Assembly (NCBI GenBank): GCA_041686075.1
Contig: JAWLEO010000013.1
Location: 12,816-76,815 of the forward strand
DNA length: 64,000 bases
Origin: Bacteroidales bacterium
Lineage (GTDB): Bacteria; Bacteroidota; Bacteroidia; Bacteroidales; VadinHA17
Reading direction: 5' to 3'
The position numbers were made by a program, and so were the translations under genes. Shown here piece by piece: positions 10,959-21,830 of the stretch. The first letter of the stretch is position 1. Each line of letters opens with the position of its first letter. The notes beneath the pieces are model-generated. The model was given only the letters and a program-made list of their open reading frames with translations, did no database searches and was not told the origin of the DNA.

Positions 10959-12455
10959 ATGGATATTTATAAAAATTCTGAAATATGGTTCGTCACTGGC
11001 AGCCAGCACCTTTATGGTGAGGAAACATTAAACAGGGTAAAAGAAGATTCAAAAGTAATAGCAGGCGCCCTCAATGACGATAAGGATATACCTGTGAAGG
11101 TGGTTTTTAAGCCTGTACTGACTTCTGCCCCTGAGATAACAAAAATATGCTCTGAGGCAAATCATGATAATAAGTGTATTGGCCTTATTGCATGGATGCA
11201 TACATTTTCTCCTGCAAAAATGTGGCTTAATGGACTGAAGTTGTTAAACAAGCCTTTATTGCATTTCCATACCCAGTTTAACCGCGACATCCCCTGGGAG
11301 GATATTGATATGGATTTTATGAACCTTAACCAGTCAGCCCACGGGGGAAGGGAATTTGGCTTTGCCGGCTCCAGGCTGAGGCTAGAAAGAAAGGTTGTCA
11401 CAGGGCACTGGAAAGATAAGGAATGCATTGATGAGATTGCCATATGGGCCAGGGCAGCAGTTGCACTTGCCGACACCAAATCCCTGAAGATGGCACGGTT
11501 TGGTGATAACATGAGGGATGTGGCAGTAACAGAGGGTGATAAGGTGTCTGCACAAATAAAGATGAATTATTCCGTTTATGGATACGGTGTGGGTGACCTT
11601 GTAGGAGAATGTAATTCTGTTTCAGATAAGGATATAGAAAAGCTGATAGAAGAATATTACGATTCATATGTAATAAATGACAAAAGTATTCTTACCTCGG
11701 ACTTTTTAATGGATGCAGCACGAATTGAAGCAGGTTTAAGGAACTTTTTGGGAAAGGGTGGTTTCAAAGCTTTTACTACAAATTTTGAAGATTTACATGG
11801 CTTGCCACAATTGCCCGGGCTGGCGGTGCAAAGATTGATGTCGGAAGGCTACGGTTTCGGGGCCGAAGGAGACTGGAAAACATCTGCCCTTATCAGGTCA
11901 ATGAAAGTAATGGCACATGGTCTTGACGGGGGCACATCCTTTATGGAGGATTATACTTACCATTTTGAACCGGGTAAAAATGCTGTGCTTGGGGCACACA
12001 TGCTTGAGATATGTCCGAGTATAAGTGATGAAAAACCCAGGCTTGAGATACATCCTCTTTCCATAGGAGGTAAAGAAGATCCTGCCCGATTGGTTTTTAA
12101 GGCCGGCCCCGCCAGGGGTGTCAATGTTTCAATAATTGATCTGGGTAACAGGTTCCGGCTCTTAATAAATCCCGTCAGGGTCATAGAGTGCCCTGATATG
12201 CCCAGACTGCCGGTTGCCAGTGTGTTGTGGGAGCCTGTGCCCGATCTGAAAACAGCTGCTACCGCCTGGATAATCGCCGGTGGCGCTCATCATACCGGTT
12301 TCTCAACTGCTATTGATAGCCGTTATCTGCACGATTTTGCTTCAATGATCGGCATTGAAACAGTTGATATTGATGAAAATGTAAGAATAGAGGAATTGAG
12401 GAAGGAACTTCGTTGGAATGAGTTGTTTTATCATTTTACATCCGGGATGGCATAG
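10959..12455 (+). CDS. araA: L-arabinose isomerase
   Basis: 498 aa with FVTGSQHLYGEETL at the N-terminus and a conserved AraA core (GFGAEGDWKT, AHMLE). Confidence 0.95.
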   Translation: MDIYKNSEIWFVTGSQHLYGEETLNRVKEDSKVIAGALNDDKDIPVKVVFKPVLTSAPEITKICSEANHDNKCIGLIAWMHTFSPAKMWLNGLKLLNKPLLHFHTQFNRDIPWEDIDMDFMNLNQSAHGGREFGFAGSRLRLERKVVTGHWKDKECIDEIAIWARAAVALADTKSLKMARFGDNMRDVAVTEGDKVSAQIKMNYSVYGYGVGDLVGECNSVSDKDIEKLIEEYYDSYVINDKSILTSDFLMDAARIEAGLRNFLGKGGFKAFTTNFEDLHGLPQLPGLAVQRLMSEGYGFGAEGDWKTSALIRSMKVMAHGLDGGTSFMEDYTYHFEPGKNAVLGAHMLEICPSISDEKPRLEIHPLSIGGKEDPARLVFKAGPARGVNVSIIDLGNRFRLLINPVRVIECPDMPRLPVASVLWEPVPDLKTAATAWIIAGGAHHTGFSTAIDSRYLHDFASMIGIETVDIDENVRIEELRKELRWNELFYHFTSGMA

Positions 12456-12490
12456 TCTGTTCCTTTTGTTAATAAGATTATATATAAAAC

Positions 12491-13195
12491 ATGACTGATT
12501 ATTATGCAGTTCAAGATAAAAATCTGGTAGCAGTTGATTGCGTTATTTTCGGCTATGACATCTGGGATAAGGAATTAAAATTATTGCTGGTAAAGCGAAA
12601 ATTTGAACCAGAGTATGGCAAATGGTCACTGCCCGGTGGCTTTGTCAAGAAAGATGAAGACGTTCTGGATGCTGCTTGCAGGGTCTTACATCAGCTCACT
12701 GGTTTCGAGGATGTGTATATGGAACAATCATATGCGTGGGGTGATGTTAGAAGAGATTCCGGCGGTAGAGTAATAACCATCTCACATTTTGCACTTATCA
12801 AAACTCATGAGCTGGACCCCGTGATGATAGAGGCAAATGCCGCTAACTGGCGTTCGATATCGCGCTTACCTAAGCTGATCTTTGATCATAAAAAAATTGT
12901 AGAACGCGCCCATCAGGAGCTGATTGACAGGATCAAGGTTAAACCGGTTGGTTTTGAACTGCTTCCTGAGAAATTTACCCTGGTGCAACTGCAGGATCTG
13001 TATGAAGCTATTTACCAGAGAAATATCGATAAGAGGAATTTTAGAAAAAAGATAATCTCTATGAACCTCCTTGAAAAGTTGGATGAGAAGGAGAAAGAAA
13101 CTTCAAAGAAAGGAGCTTATTACTACAGGTTCATACCTTCCCGGTATGAAGATTTTAAAAGACAGGGATTCTACTTTAACCTCGACGTTCAATAA
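12491..13195 (+). CDS. Nudix-fold transcriptional regulator, AraR/NrtR-like
   Basis: 234 aa with an N-terminal Nudix fold whose box is degenerate (GGFVKKDEDVLDAACRVLHQLTGF, where REUxEE is replaced by RVLHQL), plus a C-terminal winged-helix-like region. It is embedded between araA and araD, as is Bacteroides AraR. Confidence 0.75.
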   Translation: MTDYYAVQDKNLVAVDCVIFGYDIWDKELKLLLVKRKFEPEYGKWSLPGGFVKKDEDVLDAACRVLHQLTGFEDVYMEQSYAWGDVRRDSGGRVITISHFALIKTHELDPVMIEANAANWRSISRLPKLIFDHKKIVERAHQELIDRIKVKPVGFELLPEKFTLVQLQDLYEAIYQRNIDKRNFRKKIISMNLLEKLDEKEKETSKKGAYYYRFIPSRYEDFKRQGFYFNLDVQ

Positions 13196-13269
13196 AGGGG
13201 ATCATCGAAATGATCAATTGTAATCAACAATTACAAGCATAAGTTTCTGTACTAAAATAAATAATAAAA

Positions 13270-13974
13270 ATGCTTAATAAACTGAGAGAAGAGGTTCTTG
13301 AAGCAAATATCAATCTTTATAAATCGGGTCTCGTAATACATACCTGGGGAAATGTTAGCGGGCTGGATTATGAAAAACAGCTCATTGTTATTAAACCCTC
13401 GGGAATAGAATATGAAAAGATGACAGCCGAGGACATGGTGGTTTTGGATTTTGAGGGAAGGGTGATAGAAGGAAATCTAAAGCCTTCTTCCGATTCTCCG
13501 ACCCATCTTGAAATTTACAGGAACTTCCCCTCCATAGGGGGAATTGTGCATACTCATTCAACACATGCCACGGCATGGGCCCAGGCCGGGATGCCAATAC
13601 CTGCCATGGGTACCACTCATGCCGATCACTTTTACGGCCAGGTGCCATGTACTCGTAAACTTGACCCTGAGGAGGTGAAAAATGACTACGAGCTGAATAC
13701 CGGTAAAGTGATAGTCGAGACCTTCAGTTCACTGGATGCAGATGCAATTCCTGCAGTAATAGTGAATGATCATGGTCCTTTTGCCTGGGGAAAGAATGCT
13801 GCCGAGGCTGTCTATAATGCAATTGCGCTGGAAGAAATAGCCCGAATGGCCATTTTAACTTACTCCCTTGCCGGTTATGACAGGGTGGATCAATACCTGC
13901 TTGATAAACATTATACCAGAAAGCACGGTAAAGACGCATATTACGGGCAGATAGATAAGGATAAAAAGTGTTAA
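13270..13974 (+). CDS. araD: L-ribulose-5-phosphate 4-epimerase
   Basis: 234 aa class II aldolase/epimerase pattern ([26 protein letters not shown]). Confidence 0.94.
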   Translation: MLNKLREEVLEANINLYKSGLVIHTWGNVSGLDYEKQLIVIKPSGIEYEKMTAEDMVVLDFEGRVIEGNLKPSSDSPTHLEIYRNFPSIGGIVHTHSTHATAWAQAGMPIPAMGTTHADHFYGQVPCTRKLDPEEVKNDYELNTGKVIVETFSSLDADAIPAVIVNDHGPFAWGKNAAEAVYNAIALEEIARMAILTYSLAGYDRVDQYLLDKHYTRKHGKDAYYGQIDKDKKC

Positions 13975-13977
13975 GAA

Positions 13978-15642
13978 ATGAGCAAATATGTTATAGGAAT
14001 AGATTTTGGGACATTGTCGGGCCGTTCAGTTCTAATAGATGTCGAGAATGGTAACGAGATAGCCAGCAGTGTCTATGATTATCCTCACGGGGTTATGGAC
14101 AGGGAGCTTCCGGACGGAACCCGTCTTGGTGTCGATTGGGCGCTCCAGCATCCCGATGATTACCTCGAAGTATTGTCAGTTACTGTGCCGGATGTTCTGT
14201 CCGGGGCAAAAGTTGATGCAGGCCAGGTAATAGGACTTGGAATTGATTTTACTGCCTGTACAGTGATGCCGGTGAAAGCCGATGGGAAGCCCCTGTGTAT
14301 AATTGGCAGCTTTGCATCTGAACCAAATGCATGGGTTAAATTGTGGAAACATCATGCAGCACAGCCTGAAGCTAATAAGCTGAATGAGATTGCCGGTAAA
14401 ATGGAGCAGGAATTTCTTCAAAGATATGGAGGTAAAATATCCTCCGAATGGCTGGTGCCAAAAGTGTGGCAAACACTGAATGAGGCAGCCGAAATATATG
14501 AAGAAGCTGACAGGTTTATTGAAGCGGCTGATTGGATTATATGGCAGCTAACGGGTAATGAAAAACGAAATACCTGTACAGCAGGGTATAAAGCCCTGTG
14601 GCACAAGCATGATGGCTATCCTGATGATAACTTCTTCAGAGCCCTGGACCCCAAACTGGCTAACCTGGTAAATGAGAAACTATCATCAGATCTTTACCCC
14701 GTAGGCAGCAAGGCGGGTGAGATAAACCAACGTGCTGCGGAGTTAACCGGACTTAAGGAAGGTACAGCTGTAGCCGTGGCTAATGTCGATGCTCATGTTT
14801 CCGTGCCTGCTGTAGGTATTACATCCCCGGGTAAAATGTTGATGATAGTGGGTACTTCCACCTGCCATATGGTACTGGGCGAAAAAGAGGTTACAGTTCC
14901 GGGTATGTGCGGAGTGGTGGAGGATGGAATTATAGAAGGATATTTTGGATATGAAGCCGGCCAATCATGTGTTGGCGATCATTTTCAGTGGTTTGTAGAA
15001 AATTGTACCCCCCCTGAATATTTCAGTGAAGCCAGGGGAAAAGATATGGATATCCATGAGCTATTAACTGAAAAAGCTTCATCGCTTAAACCTGGGGAGA
15101 GTGGATTGCTGGCCCTTGACTGGTGGAATGGCAACAGGTCTGTACTGGTTGATGTGGACCTTACGGGCATGATACTCGGCATGACACTGTCTACGAAGGC
15201 TGAAGAGATCTACCTCGCACTTATAGAGGCTACTGCATACGGTACAAGGATGATTATAGATACTTTTCATGAGAATGGCGTTCCGGTTGATGAATTGTAC
15301 GCGGCAGGTGGCATTGCAGAAAAAAATCCTTTCATAATGCAGATATATGCTGATGTGACAAACAGAGAGATAAGAATATCGGGCTCACCCCAGGCCCCCG
15401 CACTCGGGTCGGCAATGTTCGGGGCCGTGGCTGCAGGTAAGGAAAGGGGTGGCTATGCCGATATCTTTGAAGCTGCCAGGGTGATGGGAAAGGTTAAAGA
15501 TATTGTATTCAAACCCTCACCTGGAAAAGTAAAAGTATATGATAAGTTGTATGAAGAGTACAGGATACTTCATGATTACTTTGGAAGAGGCGATAATGAC
15601 GTGATGAAAAGGCTCAAAGAGATAAAGAAACAAATACGATGA
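13978..15642 (+). CDS. araB: ribulokinase
   Basis: 554 aa FGGY kinase with [11 protein letters not shown] at the N-terminus, in ara context. Ends in TGA. Confidence 0.93.
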   Translation: MSKYVIGIDFGTLSGRSVLIDVENGNEIASSVYDYPHGVMDRELPDGTRLGVDWALQHPDDYLEVLSVTVPDVLSGAKVDAGQVIGLGIDFTACTVMPVKADGKPLCIIGSFASEPNAWVKLWKHHAAQPEANKLNEIAGKMEQEFLQRYGGKISSEWLVPKVWQTLNEAAEIYEEADRFIEAADWIIWQLTGNEKRNTCTAGYKALWHKHDGYPDDNFFRALDPKLANLVNEKLSSDLYPVGSKAGEINQRAAELTGLKEGTAVAVANVDAHVSVPAVGITSPGKMLMIVGTSTCHMVLGEKEVTVPGMCGVVEDGIIEGYFGYEAGQSCVGDHFQWFVENCTPPEYFSEARGKDMDIHELLTEKASSLKPGESGLLALDWWNGNRSVLVDVDLTGMILGMTLSTKAEEIYLALIEATAYGTRMIIDTFHENGVPVDELYAAGGIAEKNPFIMQIYADVTNREIRISGSPQAPALGSAMFGAVAAGKERGGYADIFEAARVMGKVKDIVFKPSPGKVKVYDKLYEEYRILHDYFGRGDNDVMKRLKEIKKQIR

Positions 15643-15682
15643 AATAGCATTTTGGATTAACGAAACAAAAAACCAGAATAAG

Positions 15683-17740
15683 ATGTCAAAAATAAAATTC
15701 ATCACTGTTTTACTATTATCAGGACTGATCCTTGTCAACTGTGCTGACAGATCAGGAGAAAAGACTGAAGAAGGCTATACTATTCAGCCAGTGCCTTTCA
15801 CCAGCGTTACGGTTACAGATAATTTCTGGGCGCCAAGGATAAAAACCAATCATGAGGTTACTATTCCCATTGCTATAGAACAGTCAACCATTACGGGGAG
15901 GATAAAGAATTTTGAGATTGCAGGGGGGATGGCAGAAGGAGAATTTTGTTCTTCATACCCTTTTGATGATTCAGATGTATTTAAAATCATCGAAGGAGCA
16001 AGCTATAGCCTTCAAACATTTCCTGATCCTGCCCTGGAAGCAAAACTTGATACTCTGATTGATAAAATCGGCGCTGCCCAGGAAGAGGATGGCTACCTGT
16101 ATACCTACAGGACCATTATGGGTGACGATTCTCACCCCTGGGTTGGCAAAAGATGGAAAAAAACACATTTGTTAAGCCATGAGCTCTATAACCTGGGACA
16201 TATGTACGAGGCTGCAGTGGCCCATTACAGGGCTACAGGCAAAAGGTACTTTCTCGATATAGCCATTAAATCGGCCGACCTCGTGATTGAGGAAATAGGA
16301 TGGGGTAAAATGGAAACTTACCCGGGCCACCAGGAAATAGAAATAGGCCTGGTGAAATTGTATCTGGTCACCGGTGAACAGAAATACCTTGACCAGGCCA
16401 AATTTTTCCTTGATGTGAGAGGGCCTGACGGTGAAAAATATTCACAGTCTCATAAAAAAGTGGTTGACCAGAGAGAAGCTGTAGGACATGCTGTGCGTGC
16501 AGCATATATGTATACGGGGATGGCAGATGTTGCTGCTCTTACCAACGACCAGGAATATGTCAATGCCATAAATCATATCTGGGAGGATATAGTTCACAGG
16601 AAAATGTATGTTACAGGAGGTATAGGTGCTTCAGGTGGTAATGAAGGTTTCGGCGAACCCTATCACCTTCCGAACATGTCAGCATACTGTGAGACATGTG
16701 CCTCAATAGCTAATGTATTCTGGAACCACCGTATGTTCCTTCATCATGGAGAATCAAAGTATTATGATGTTCTTGAACGGACACTTTACAATGCCCTGCT
16801 GTCAGGTGTAAGCCTCAGTGGCGACAGGTTCTTCTATCCCAATGTATTGGAATCGGCGGGTCAGCATAAGAGACAGGCCTGGTTTGGTTGTGCCTGCTGC
16901 CCTTCAAATATATGCAGGTTTATCCCATCTATGCCGGGATACGTGTATGCCAGCAGGGGAGAAGATATATATGTAAACCTTTATCTTGAGAATAATGCCG
17001 AAATAGAAATCGAGGATAATAGGGTGGAAATTGTACAGGAAACTAATTATCCATGGGACGGTGAAATAGAAATAGGTGTAAATCCTGCTGATGAGTCAAA
17101 ATTTGGCCTCAGGTTGAGAATACCGGGATGGGCCCGGGGTGATGCTATTCCGGGAGAGCTGTACATGTTCCGGGACAGTGAAAAGGAAGATATACAGCTG
17201 AGTGTAAACGGTAAAGATTTTAAGCTCATCTTAGTGGATGGCTATGCAGTGATAAGAAGAAAATGGGAAAAGGGTGATATTATAAAGCTTGTGCTACCCA
17301 TGCCTGTTAAGAGAGTAATTGCTGATGAGAGGGTTGAAGCAGACAGAAATAAGTTTTCTGTGCAACGGGGACCACTTATGTACTGTGCCGAATGGCCTGA
17401 TAATGAGAATGGCAATGTGCTGAATCTTGTCTATGACCCTGCTTCTGAAATGCAGACCGAATACCGTGAAGATTTGCTTAATGGTACGTCCGTAATAAAA
17501 ACTGTGGCCTGGCCTGCCAGGAAAACACTTGATAAAGAAATTATACTCGGGGATAAACAGGAATCAGTATTGATTCCTTATCACCTCTGGAATAACAGGG
17601 GCCCCGGTGAAATGAAAGTATGGCTTCCTGATACAGTTAGCGCGGCAAGGCCCACACCGGCACCAAGCACGTCACTTCGCCTCAGGGTTAAGCTGCCGGC
17701 TGAATACTCCAGTGGCATCCACGAGTGGATCGTTGAATAA
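15683..17740 (+). CDS. glycoside hydrolase family 127 (beta-L-arabinofuranosidase-like)
   Basis: 685 aa with a signal peptide/lipobox and the GH127 Cys/Glu cluster (YCETCA and GCACCPSN). Confidence 0.88.
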   Translation: MSKIKFITVLLLSGLILVNCADRSGEKTEEGYTIQPVPFTSVTVTDNFWAPRIKTNHEVTIPIAIEQSTITGRIKNFEIAGGMAEGEFCSSYPFDDSDVFKIIEGASYSLQTFPDPALEAKLDTLIDKIGAAQEEDGYLYTYRTIMGDDSHPWVGKRWKKTHLLSHELYNLGHMYEAAVAHYRATGKRYFLDIAIKSADLVIEEIGWGKMETYPGHQEIEIGLVKLYLVTGEQKYLDQAKFFLDVRGPDGEKYSQSHKKVVDQREAVGHAVRAAYMYTGMADVAALTNDQEYVNAINHIWEDIVHRKMYVTGGIGASGGNEGFGEPYHLPNMSAYCETCASIANVFWNHRMFLHHGESKYYDVLERTLYNALLSGVSLSGDRFFYPNVLESAGQHKRQAWFGCACCPSNICRFIPSMPGYVYASRGEDIYVNLYLENNAEIEIEDNRVEIVQETNYPWDGEIEIGVNPADESKFGLRLRIPGWARGDAIPGELYMFRDSEKEDIQLSVNGKDFKLILVDGYAVIRRKWEKGDIIKLVLPMPVKRVIADERVEADRNKFSVQRGPLMYCAEWPDNENGNVLNLVYDPASEMQTEYREDLLNGTSVIKTVAWPARKTLDKEIILGDKQESVLIPYHLWNNRGPGEMKVWLPDTVSAARPTPAPSTSLRLRVKLPAEYSSGIHEWIVE

Positions 17741-17757
17741 GCTCGTGCCGCAAGGGG

Positions 17758-19032
17758 CTACTTAATGTAAAATTCTATCATCTCCCGTAAGGCTTTCTGG
17801 CACACTTTGCAGAAGCTCTCGGCTTCATTACTTTTCATTCTGCAATCTATTTGTGGTCGGTAGATGCCCTTGGCTGAATAGCCTCCACCTTCAAAAAGGC
17901 CCACCTTGTCCTTATATTCTTCCGTTGGTGGTGTGGGTACGGGGGTGTCTTCATCGATCATATCCTTCCATTTGCTTTCAAAATCGACCAGTGTTGTTAT
18001 GTTGGCCTCCCATGGTTCCACATCCAGGGGATAAAATTCTTCATAGGCAACATCAGATGAATAATACTCGTCGGCCAGCCCCGCAAATCCATGCCCGAAC
18101 TCGTGCACAAAAACCACGGGTGTCAGCGGATGATCGGAAGTGGTACCTGAATAATAATTATACATGCCTCCGCCACCGTACCTTTCACTGTTAATGACCA
18201 CTATGATATTATCATATGGCACCACCGCAGCATAATCCCTCACCGATTTTATGTCAAAGGTGGTAAGGTACCTGGCGAGATCAAATGTGTAAAAGCTGCT
18301 GTTGAGAGCTGTTTTACGGTAAATCCTTTCGCCCGGTATATCAGTGCCCGATTCTTCTGATATAGCATCCACAGCCCAGATATTTATTTTATCAATGTAA
18401 TTTTTAAATGGCTCATATTCAAACAATACCCCGCTTAATCTCTTTACATCTTCGTGAAACTTTGCCATCTCTTCCGAAGTGTAACCTTCGGCTATAAACG
18501 CCAGGTCAACTGCCTGATGATGGTCTTCATTGCCAGATATCAAGACGTATTCAGCCTTCTTAACAGGTTCCCTGCATATAAAATAATCTTCAGGATCAAT
18601 CACCCTCTCATAGACAGTTTCCAGTCTTCCGTCTTTCATGTATTTCTTAAGTACGAACCTGACATCTTTCCTGGGATAGGGGAAGGTAGCTACTTCATAA
18701 AAGGTTCGGCTGATCTTTTTCGCTTCGGCAGTGGTCTGCCATTCCTGGAAAAGTGAACCATAGCCACGTGAGTAAATCAACTTTCCAGATTCAAGATCAT
18801 ATATATAGTAACGAAAATTACCGTACTGGAAGGTATCCACCAGGTTGTTCAGTGACCCCCCGTAAAATGGCTCTTCTTTCATTTCAAGGGGATAAGCTAT
18901 TGTTGTATCGTGATCACCTGCCAGCATGAAATCAAAGCGCAGGCTTTTATCTATAAAATAATCATCAAATCTTACCTGGCCTGTGGCCTGAAGGCTGATA
19001 ATAAACAATAAAAATGTCAATATCTTTCGCAT
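17758..19032 (-). CDS. M64 family (IgA-peptidase-like) zinc metallopeptidase
   Basis: 424 aa with a signal peptide and HEFGHGFAGLADEY. Confidence 0.85.
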   Translation of the reverse strand: MRKILTFLLFIISLQATGQVRFDDYFIDKSLRFDFMLAGDHDTTIAYPLEMKEEPFYGGSLNNLVDTFQYGNFRYYIYDLESGKLIYSRGYGSLFQEWQTTAEAKKISRTFYEVATFPYPRKDVRFVLKKYMKDGRLETVYERVIDPEDYFICREPVKKAEYVLISGNEDHHQAVDLAFIAEGYTSEEMAKFHEDVKRLSGVLFEYEPFKNYIDKINIWAVDAISEESGTDIPGERIYRKTALNSSFYTFDLARYLTTFDIKSVRDYAAVVPYDNIIVVINSERYGGGGMYNYYSGTTSDHPLTPVVFVHEFGHGFAGLADEYYSSDVAYEEFYPLDVEPWEANITTLVDFESKWKDMIDEDTPVPTPPTEEYKDKVGLFEGGGYSAKGIYRPQIDCRMKSNEAESFCKVCQKALREMIEFYIK

Positions 19033-19067
19033 AGTATTTGGTTTTTAGTTTCGGCAGTTCAATAAAG

Positions 19068-20282
19068 TCATTTGAGAAAACTATCTATCCTCTTATCCAG
19101 TGCAGCCTGGTCGGTGGCAAAGGAAGCCAGGCCGGCAAGGTTGAGGAGGGTATCCGGAGCTATTTCCCCTTCGTATATTTTTTCAAGCCATACTGTACGC
19201 ACCGGTATCTTACCGTCATCGGTGATCCTTTGTTTTTCCTTATCGTTAAGGATGGGAAACATATCTTCAAATCCCTCATTGCGCATAATATCTTCAAGTT
19301 CCCCACCCGATCCGGGAGGATTATTACCGATGGACTTTGCAAGTGTGGATAATTTATCATCCACCTTCCAGAACTTATCCATTCCTTCATTTTCAGGATC
19401 GAAAGAGAGGGAGGGTTTATAATCGTGCTTAAGCCTCGATGTAAATGAACCTGTAAGCTTTTCATGGCCTGAAGCTGCCACTTTGGGAGGTATGGTAAAT
19501 ACATCAACACCGGCAAGCATTTCCAGCTGGTCGTGATGCCTGATACTTGCTGCAATAAGTTTTGTGCCAGTTCCCAGTGAAGATCTTATCTGATTAATAT
19601 ATTTCTGTGTTTCAATAACTGTCTTTTCACCTATTCCCGACCCATCACCTATCATGTTATCAGCGACATAGGCTCCTATTCGTCCAAGGAAAACATTAAG
19701 ATAAGCAGGACGGGCTATATTTGCAGCCATTACGTTTTGCCTTGCACTGAATCCGAGTGTGAAATTTATCCTTACTCCTTTTTCTTTAAGTATCCTTGCA
19801 GCCAGGAGTCCCGCAGCCGTATAGGGCACCTTGATAATAAATTTATCAGGGCATATATCCCTGTAGCGCAAAGCATAATTAACGATGTCATCTATGCTGT
19901 AGGAAATGTCAGTATGTAATTCAACGCTCACATAGCCTCCAAACTTTTTTGTGAGCCTTAATCCGTGTCTTGCGTTAAGAATAAATGCCGTTTCCATAAT
20001 CTTCCTATCACGGGGCACAGAGTCAAGTATATCCTGTACCCGTGGAATAAAGTCATCATATATGCCTTTCTGAATAACTTTGTTTATCAGGGTATTGTTG
20101 GTTGTGAGTGCTTCCATTTCACCGCTCCATACACTGAGTGCATCATCCATATCTCCTGTGTCGAGCCAGAGGGTGGTGCCGCAGTTGCGAAGATTTGTCC
20201 AGAAAGGGTCGGTTTTTGCCTTTACTGTTTCTTCGTCTATACCCTTCAATATAAAATCTTTTACTTTACTCTCTAAAGTCAT
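19068..20282 (-). CDS. transaldolase family protein
   Basis: 404 aa with LWLDTGD, SVEL, the Schiff-base lysine context FIIKVPYT, and NFTLGFSARQ. Confidence 0.82.
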   Translation of the reverse strand: MTLESKVKDFILKGIDEETVKAKTDPFWTNLRNCGTTLWLDTGDMDDALSVWSGEMEALTTNNTLINKVIQKGIYDDFIPRVQDILDSVPRDRKIMETAFILNARHGLRLTKKFGGYVSVELHTDISYSIDDIVNYALRYRDICPDKFIIKVPYTAAGLLAARILKEKGVRINFTLGFSARQNVMAANIARPAYLNVFLGRIGAYVADNMIGDGSGIGEKTVIETQKYINQIRSSLGTGTKLIAASIRHHDQLEMLAGVDVFTIPPKVAASGHEKLTGSFTSRLKHDYKPSLSFDPENEGMDKFWKVDDKLSTLAKSIGNNPPGSGGELEDIMRNEGFEDMFPILNDKEKQRITDDGKIPVRTVWLEKIYEGEIAPDTLLNLAGLASFATDQAALDKRIDSFLK

Positions 20283-20290
20283 ATTTCTAT

Positions 20291-21556
20291 CTATCTTTTA
20301 GTTAATAATCGAAAATCGTCACCGGTGGGATTCTGGAATATCCTCAGTCCAAATTCGGGAACAACGGCCAGCAGATGGTCAAAGATATCAGCCTGTATAG
20401 CCTCGTAGTTAGCCCATACCTGGTCATTGCTGAATACATATATTTCAATAGGGAGGCCTTTCTCTGAGGTGGGAAGCTGCCTGACCAGGAAGGTCATGTC
20501 ATTGTGAATTTTGGGATGCTGATGTAGGTAAGCCTGGATATAAGCTCTGAAAGTGCCCACATTTGTCATTCTTCTCCCATTGACCAATACACTGTCGTCA
20601 ATATTGTGTTTCTTATTAAAATCCCTGAGTTCCTGCTCCTTATTTTCAATGTAATCTTTAAGGATTTGTATCTTTTTAAGCTTTTCTATCAGTTCACGGC
20701 TAAGAAATCCTATGCTCCTTATATCAATATAGATTGCTCTTTTGATCCTTCTCCCCCCAGACTCTTCCATACCGGTCCAGTTCTGGAATGATTCCTGGAC
20801 AAGTGCATAGGTAGGTATGGTAAGTATTGTTTTGTCCCAATTTTGCACCTTAACGGTATTGAGAGATATGTCTGTAACCGTACCGTCTGCTCCTCTCGTA
20901 GGTATGGATATCCAGTCTCCTATTTTGACCATTTTGTTGGCTGACAGCTGGACACTGGCAACCAGACCCAGTATGGTGTCTCTGAATATCAGCAGAAGAA
21001 CTGCGGCCATTGCACCAAGACCTGCAACAAGGCTTGTTACGTCCTTTTCGAAAATTACGGAGATCATTATTAAGGCCGCCACCACCCCGATGAAGATGTT
21101 CAATAGCTGGAGGTAACCTTTTATATGCCTGTGTTTAGACACCGGCAGGCGAAGGTATATTTTATGCCATGCATTCACAAAGGAGAACAGGAAGAGCATG
21201 CCGGCAATTATCATGTACAGGAAGGTTAATTTCTGTACAAAAGTGAGCCATCCCGGGTAAGGTTCGAGAGCCCAGCCAGCCATAAGATATATTACCACAG
21301 CCGGGGCAAAGTGCGACAGTCGCCTGAAAACTTTACTCTCCAGGAATATATCGTCCCATGTAAAGCGGGTTCTCCTTATAGCGGTCGCAACAATTTTATC
21401 AATAAAAAACCTGGTAACTATATATGATAACCAGCTTAAGATCACTACTATTATTACGATAATGATTGTTACCAGGAAGACCGACAGGCCGTTACTGAGA
21501 CCCAGCTCCCGGAAAAGGTCTCTCAGGAAAAGGGAAAGATCAAAATCACCAAACAT
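20291..21556 (-). CDS. mechanosensitive ion channel (MscS family)
   Basis: 421 aa with N-terminal TM helices followed by the MscS beta domain (VKIGDWISIPTRGADGTVTDISLNTVKVQNWDKTILTIPTYAL). Confidence 0.9.
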   Translation of the reverse strand: MFGDFDLSLFLRDLFRELGLSNGLSVFLVTIIIVIIVVILSWLSYIVTRFFIDKIVATAIRRTRFTWDDIFLESKVFRRLSHFAPAVVIYLMAGWALEPYPGWLTFVQKLTFLYMIIAGMLFLFSFVNAWHKIYLRLPVSKHRHIKGYLQLLNIFIGVVAALIMISVIFEKDVTSLVAGLGAMAAVLLLIFRDTILGLVASVQLSANKMVKIGDWISIPTRGADGTVTDISLNTVKVQNWDKTILTIPTYALVQESFQNWTGMEESGGRRIKRAIYIDIRSIGFLSRELIEKLKKIQILKDYIENKEQELRDFNKKHNIDDSVLVNGRRMTNVGTFRAYIQAYLHQHPKIHNDMTFLVRQLPTSEKGLPIEIYVFSNDQVWANYEAIQADIFDHLLAVVPEFGLRIFQNPTGDDFRLLTKR

Positions 21557-21613
21557 TATAAGCTAATTTATAGTTTCTCCAAAAATAAGGAATAAAAATG
21601 GAATGATTTACAA

Positions 21614-21830
21614 ATATCCCCTCTTGAAGGGGGTTAGGGGGATATATGCCTGGAATGATGAACAAGGATCCTCCTTTGAACCGAGTAGCACTAGCTTGCT
21701 ATCACAAACTCGCGCTGTCCCGAAGAAGCTAAAGCTTTTCGGCTCCCTGCCTTCCGGCAGGCAGGCTCGAATCGAAGATTCGGGACTCGGTTCCTAATTC
21801 CTAATTCCTAATTAATAATTAATACTTAAT
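21614..21830. repeat. intergenic mosaic repeat block R2
   Basis: Contains the hairpin module cccctcttgaagggggttaggggga (21618-21642) and the 21-nt module tcgaatcgaagattcgggact (21767-21787). A phase-locked heptamer run follows: TTCCTAA x3, TTAATAA, TTAATAC, TTAATCC (21791-21830). It runs into the rlmB stop codon. Confidence 0.9.
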
